From Mustelus asterias (lineage: Eukaryota), in assembly GCF_964213995.1 (NCBI RefSeq), contig NC_135825.1:52824001-52888000 (forward strand): a stretch of DNA of 64,000 bases. The letters are read 5' to 3'. Positions 61,069 to 64,000 of this stretch are shown piece by piece; position 1 is the stretch's first letter, and each line of letters opens with the position of its first letter. The position numbers and the translations under genes are program-made. The notes under the pieces are model-generated. The model was given only the letters and a program-made list of their open reading frames with translations, was not told where the DNA came from and made no database searches.

Positions 61069-64000
61069 TAGTCCCTGTGGGTATTAATCGCTACAAACTT
61101 CCTTGAATCCTCATCCAGATTCAATCGCTGATACGCATGGCTCATGTCGAGTTTTGTGTACGTTAGACCTCCTGTTAGCTTTGCATTGAGATCCTCAATG
61201 TTTAGAATTGGATATCTATCCAGCTTGGCAGCTTGGAGGGTCAATTTGTAGTCTCCACAAATTCGGACTGTTTGGTCTGGTTTCACTACGGGTACAATGA
61301 GGGTAGCCCATCCTGAGAACTGTACCAGCCATATTATTTCTAATTCTTCCAAATGTTTAATGCTCCTCAACTCTTTCATGCAAAGCGTATGGCACTGGGC
61401 AAGTCCTGTCAAATCCTGATGTTGAATCTGAATTTACATTGATTTTAGCTTCAACAATACTACTTAATTGTGAAAGACGTTTTAGTGTTTTCTCAAGATT
61501 TCTTGGAAACTGCCATCAGTTTTACTGAAACTCACTGGCCAATTCTGTTTTATTTATGTCCCATAACACTCAGTCCCTGCCCTTTCATTACAATGATTGG
61601 TCGTTGAGCCAATGGTGCTGGCACATTACTGGCACAGATATTGTTCCCAATATTTTTAGCAATTGGCTGGTGTACGTGGCTAATTTAGCTGTTGTACTTG
61701 TTAAATTTAAATGTTGTACTCCACCTTGTAGGTATTTGTATGACTGGTCCCCAACAACTGTAATAAAGCCCCAGCATCTACCTCCATACTGAATAGCTGC
61801 CTATTTATCATGAGTACTATTATGATTGGAGCTGCTTCCCTCATCTTGACATGCGGCACGGTAGCACAGTGGTTAGCACTGCTGCTTCACAGCTCCAGGG
61901 TCCCGGGTTCGATTCCCGGCTCGGGTCACTGTCTGTGTGGAGTTTGCACATTCTCCTCGTGTCTGCGTGGGTTTCCTCCGGGTGCTCCGGTTTCCTCCCA
62001 CAGTCCAAAGATGTGCGGGTTAGGTTGATTGGCCAAGTTAAAAAAAAATTGTCCCTGAGATGTGTAGTTAGAGGGATTAGCGGGTAAATATGTGGGGGTA
62101 GGGCCTGGGTGGGATTGTGGTCGGTGCAGACTCGATGGGCCGAATGGCCTCCTTCTGCACTGTAGGGTTTCTATGATTCTATGATTAGCCAATTTGTATA
62201 GGAGTGGCACGGTGGCACAGTGATTAGCACTGCTGCCACCCAAAGCCAGGGACCCGGTTCAATTCCGGCCTCGTGTCTGTGTGGGTTTCCTCCGAGTGCT
62301 CTGATTTCCTCCCACATTCCAAAGATGTGTGGGTTAGTCTGATTGGCCATACATAATTGACCTTACTGTCAGGGAGATTAGCAGGGTAAGTATGTGGGGA
62401 TACGGGAATAGGGCCTGGGTGGGATTGGGGTTGGTGCAGACTCGATGGGCTGAATGGCCTCCTTCCGCACTGTAGGGATTCTATGATTCTTTATGCGGAT
62501 TTCTCTTCTGAGTCACAATCTAGGTTAAACACTGGGATCAGGTGTTCCTTTTACCTAAGCTGGTCCATTCTTTTTGGCTTGGCATTTAATTTGGATGTGA
62601 CCTCTCCGGCTTAGCCGAACCATATTAAATCATTCAATCTGCAGTTTTCCTGGGGGTGCTCCCCCCACTGCCTGTGTTGCCAGGTAGCTTTCTGCTCTCT
62701 GCCGTCTGTGCCCTCAATCCTGGCACCACGATTCGCAACAATTTCCCGCCATAGCTCGATGGCACAGTTGTTACCACTGCTGCCTCACAGCGCCAGGGAC
62801 CCAGGTTCGATTCCCAGCTTGGGTCACTGTCTGCGCAGAGTCTGCACGTTCTCCCCGTGTCTGCCTGGGTTTCTTCCCGTTTCCTCCCACAGTCTGAAAG
62901 ACGTGTTGGTTAGATGGATTGGCTGTGCTAAATTCTCCCTCAGTGTACCCGAACAAGCGCCGGAGTGTGGCGACTAGGGGATTTTCACAGTAACTTCATT
63001 GCAGTGTTAATGTAAGCCTACTTGTGACACTAATACATAAACTTTAGCGGTTTACCTCACTTGTCTGCAAGCACTGTAACTCATAAGCACCTCTCCCAGA
63101 CTCTCAGTTGCCTATACTATTTCCATGGCTCCAGCTAAGGAAATCTTAGCCTTTGCTGGCAACTTCTCCTCAATATTTAAATTATTAATGCCGTAAACTA
63201 ATCTGTTGCACAGCACGTCATTGAGTAATTACCCACATCCTCCACTAATTACCTTATCCTCGCCAAGAATGCAACAATCAACTCCCCTGAGTCCCTTAAA
63301 GCAGAATTAAATTTATAACGCTGCATAATGATAGGTTATCTGGGATGATAATGTACCTTAACAAATGTTACAGTCTGGTCAAAAGACTTTGGGTGCAATC
63401 TTACGAAAATATTCTAAGTGCCAAACGAGTAAAAACAGGGGAGAGAGTCACGTCATTTTCTGGCAAGCTGTGAGTCACAATCTTATGGCATTTAGTGCAA
63501 ATAATGTGCCAAGATGCGATTCTCGCCAGTAGGGGGAGTGGAGGCTGAGCTCGCCGGTGACACCGGCTGCTGAGCTCTTTGGGCGCCATTGCGCAGGCTT
63601 CCTGATCTCTCAGAGATCTCCTGCTGCCTCCCCCCATCCACCACATAGACCTTGGGACCACCGCCCCATGCCGATCGCCTCCTGAGCAGGACAATCCTCT
63701 GCCCAGCCCCACAGAACTCGGACCGCCTTCCCTTTCATGCCGCAGATCGCCCCCGTACCATTCTAACCCCACACCCACCCCATACATAGAAACATAGAAA
63801 TCATAGAAATCATAGAAACCCTACAGTGCAGAAGGAGGCCATTCGGCCCATCGAGTCTGCACCGACCACAATCCCACCCAGGCCCTACCCCCCACATATT
63901 TACCCGCTAATCCCTCTAACCTACGCATCCCAGGACTCTAAGGGGCAATTTTTTTAACCTGGCCAATCAACCTAACCCGCACATCTTTGGACTGTGGGAG

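Larger units (their letters stand above)
58840..63380 (-). mobile_element. Heavily degraded second Mag-type Gypsy internal region with nested Penelope pieces and SINEs
   Basis: RT IVPVVKPDQTVRICGDYK...KLDMSHAYQ (61068-61412), RH ITDHKPILGLF, integrase zinc finger HPAQTKMKMLVRNYTRWPGLDEDIE (58751-59056). The gag end near 63000-63380 is uncertain. Confidence 0.75.

Overview
This is vertebrate nuclear DNA, most likely from a shark or ray (HE1/V-SINE-type SINEs, CR1, Rex1/Babar, Penelope and Mag-type Gypsy repeats), and most of the window is nested transposable elements. One host gene is recognisable: APOBEC2 on the minus strand. It has coding exons at 25023-24890 and 17195-16661 (222 aa), a probable intron starting 4 nt after the stop, and muscle-type regulatory motifs upstream. 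The most interesting signals are RNA-structural and lie inside the retroelements. (1) Two related Mag-type LTR families lack a tRNA primer-binding site; the sequence at the PBS position is instead the reverse complement of the element's own LTR poly(A)-signal region and co-varies between families, which suggests self-priming or poly(A) masking. The full-length copy also has a YLDN RT motif and a hairpin over the PPT. (2) A young CR1 subfamily (3 copies) carries an acquired 3' UTR module that folds into a double U-rich-internal-loop hairpin resembling ENE triple-helix stability elements. (3) Penelope minimal hammerhead ribozyme motifs are present, one split by a CR1 insertion. All coordinates were read by eye; boundaries of old repeats are approximate.
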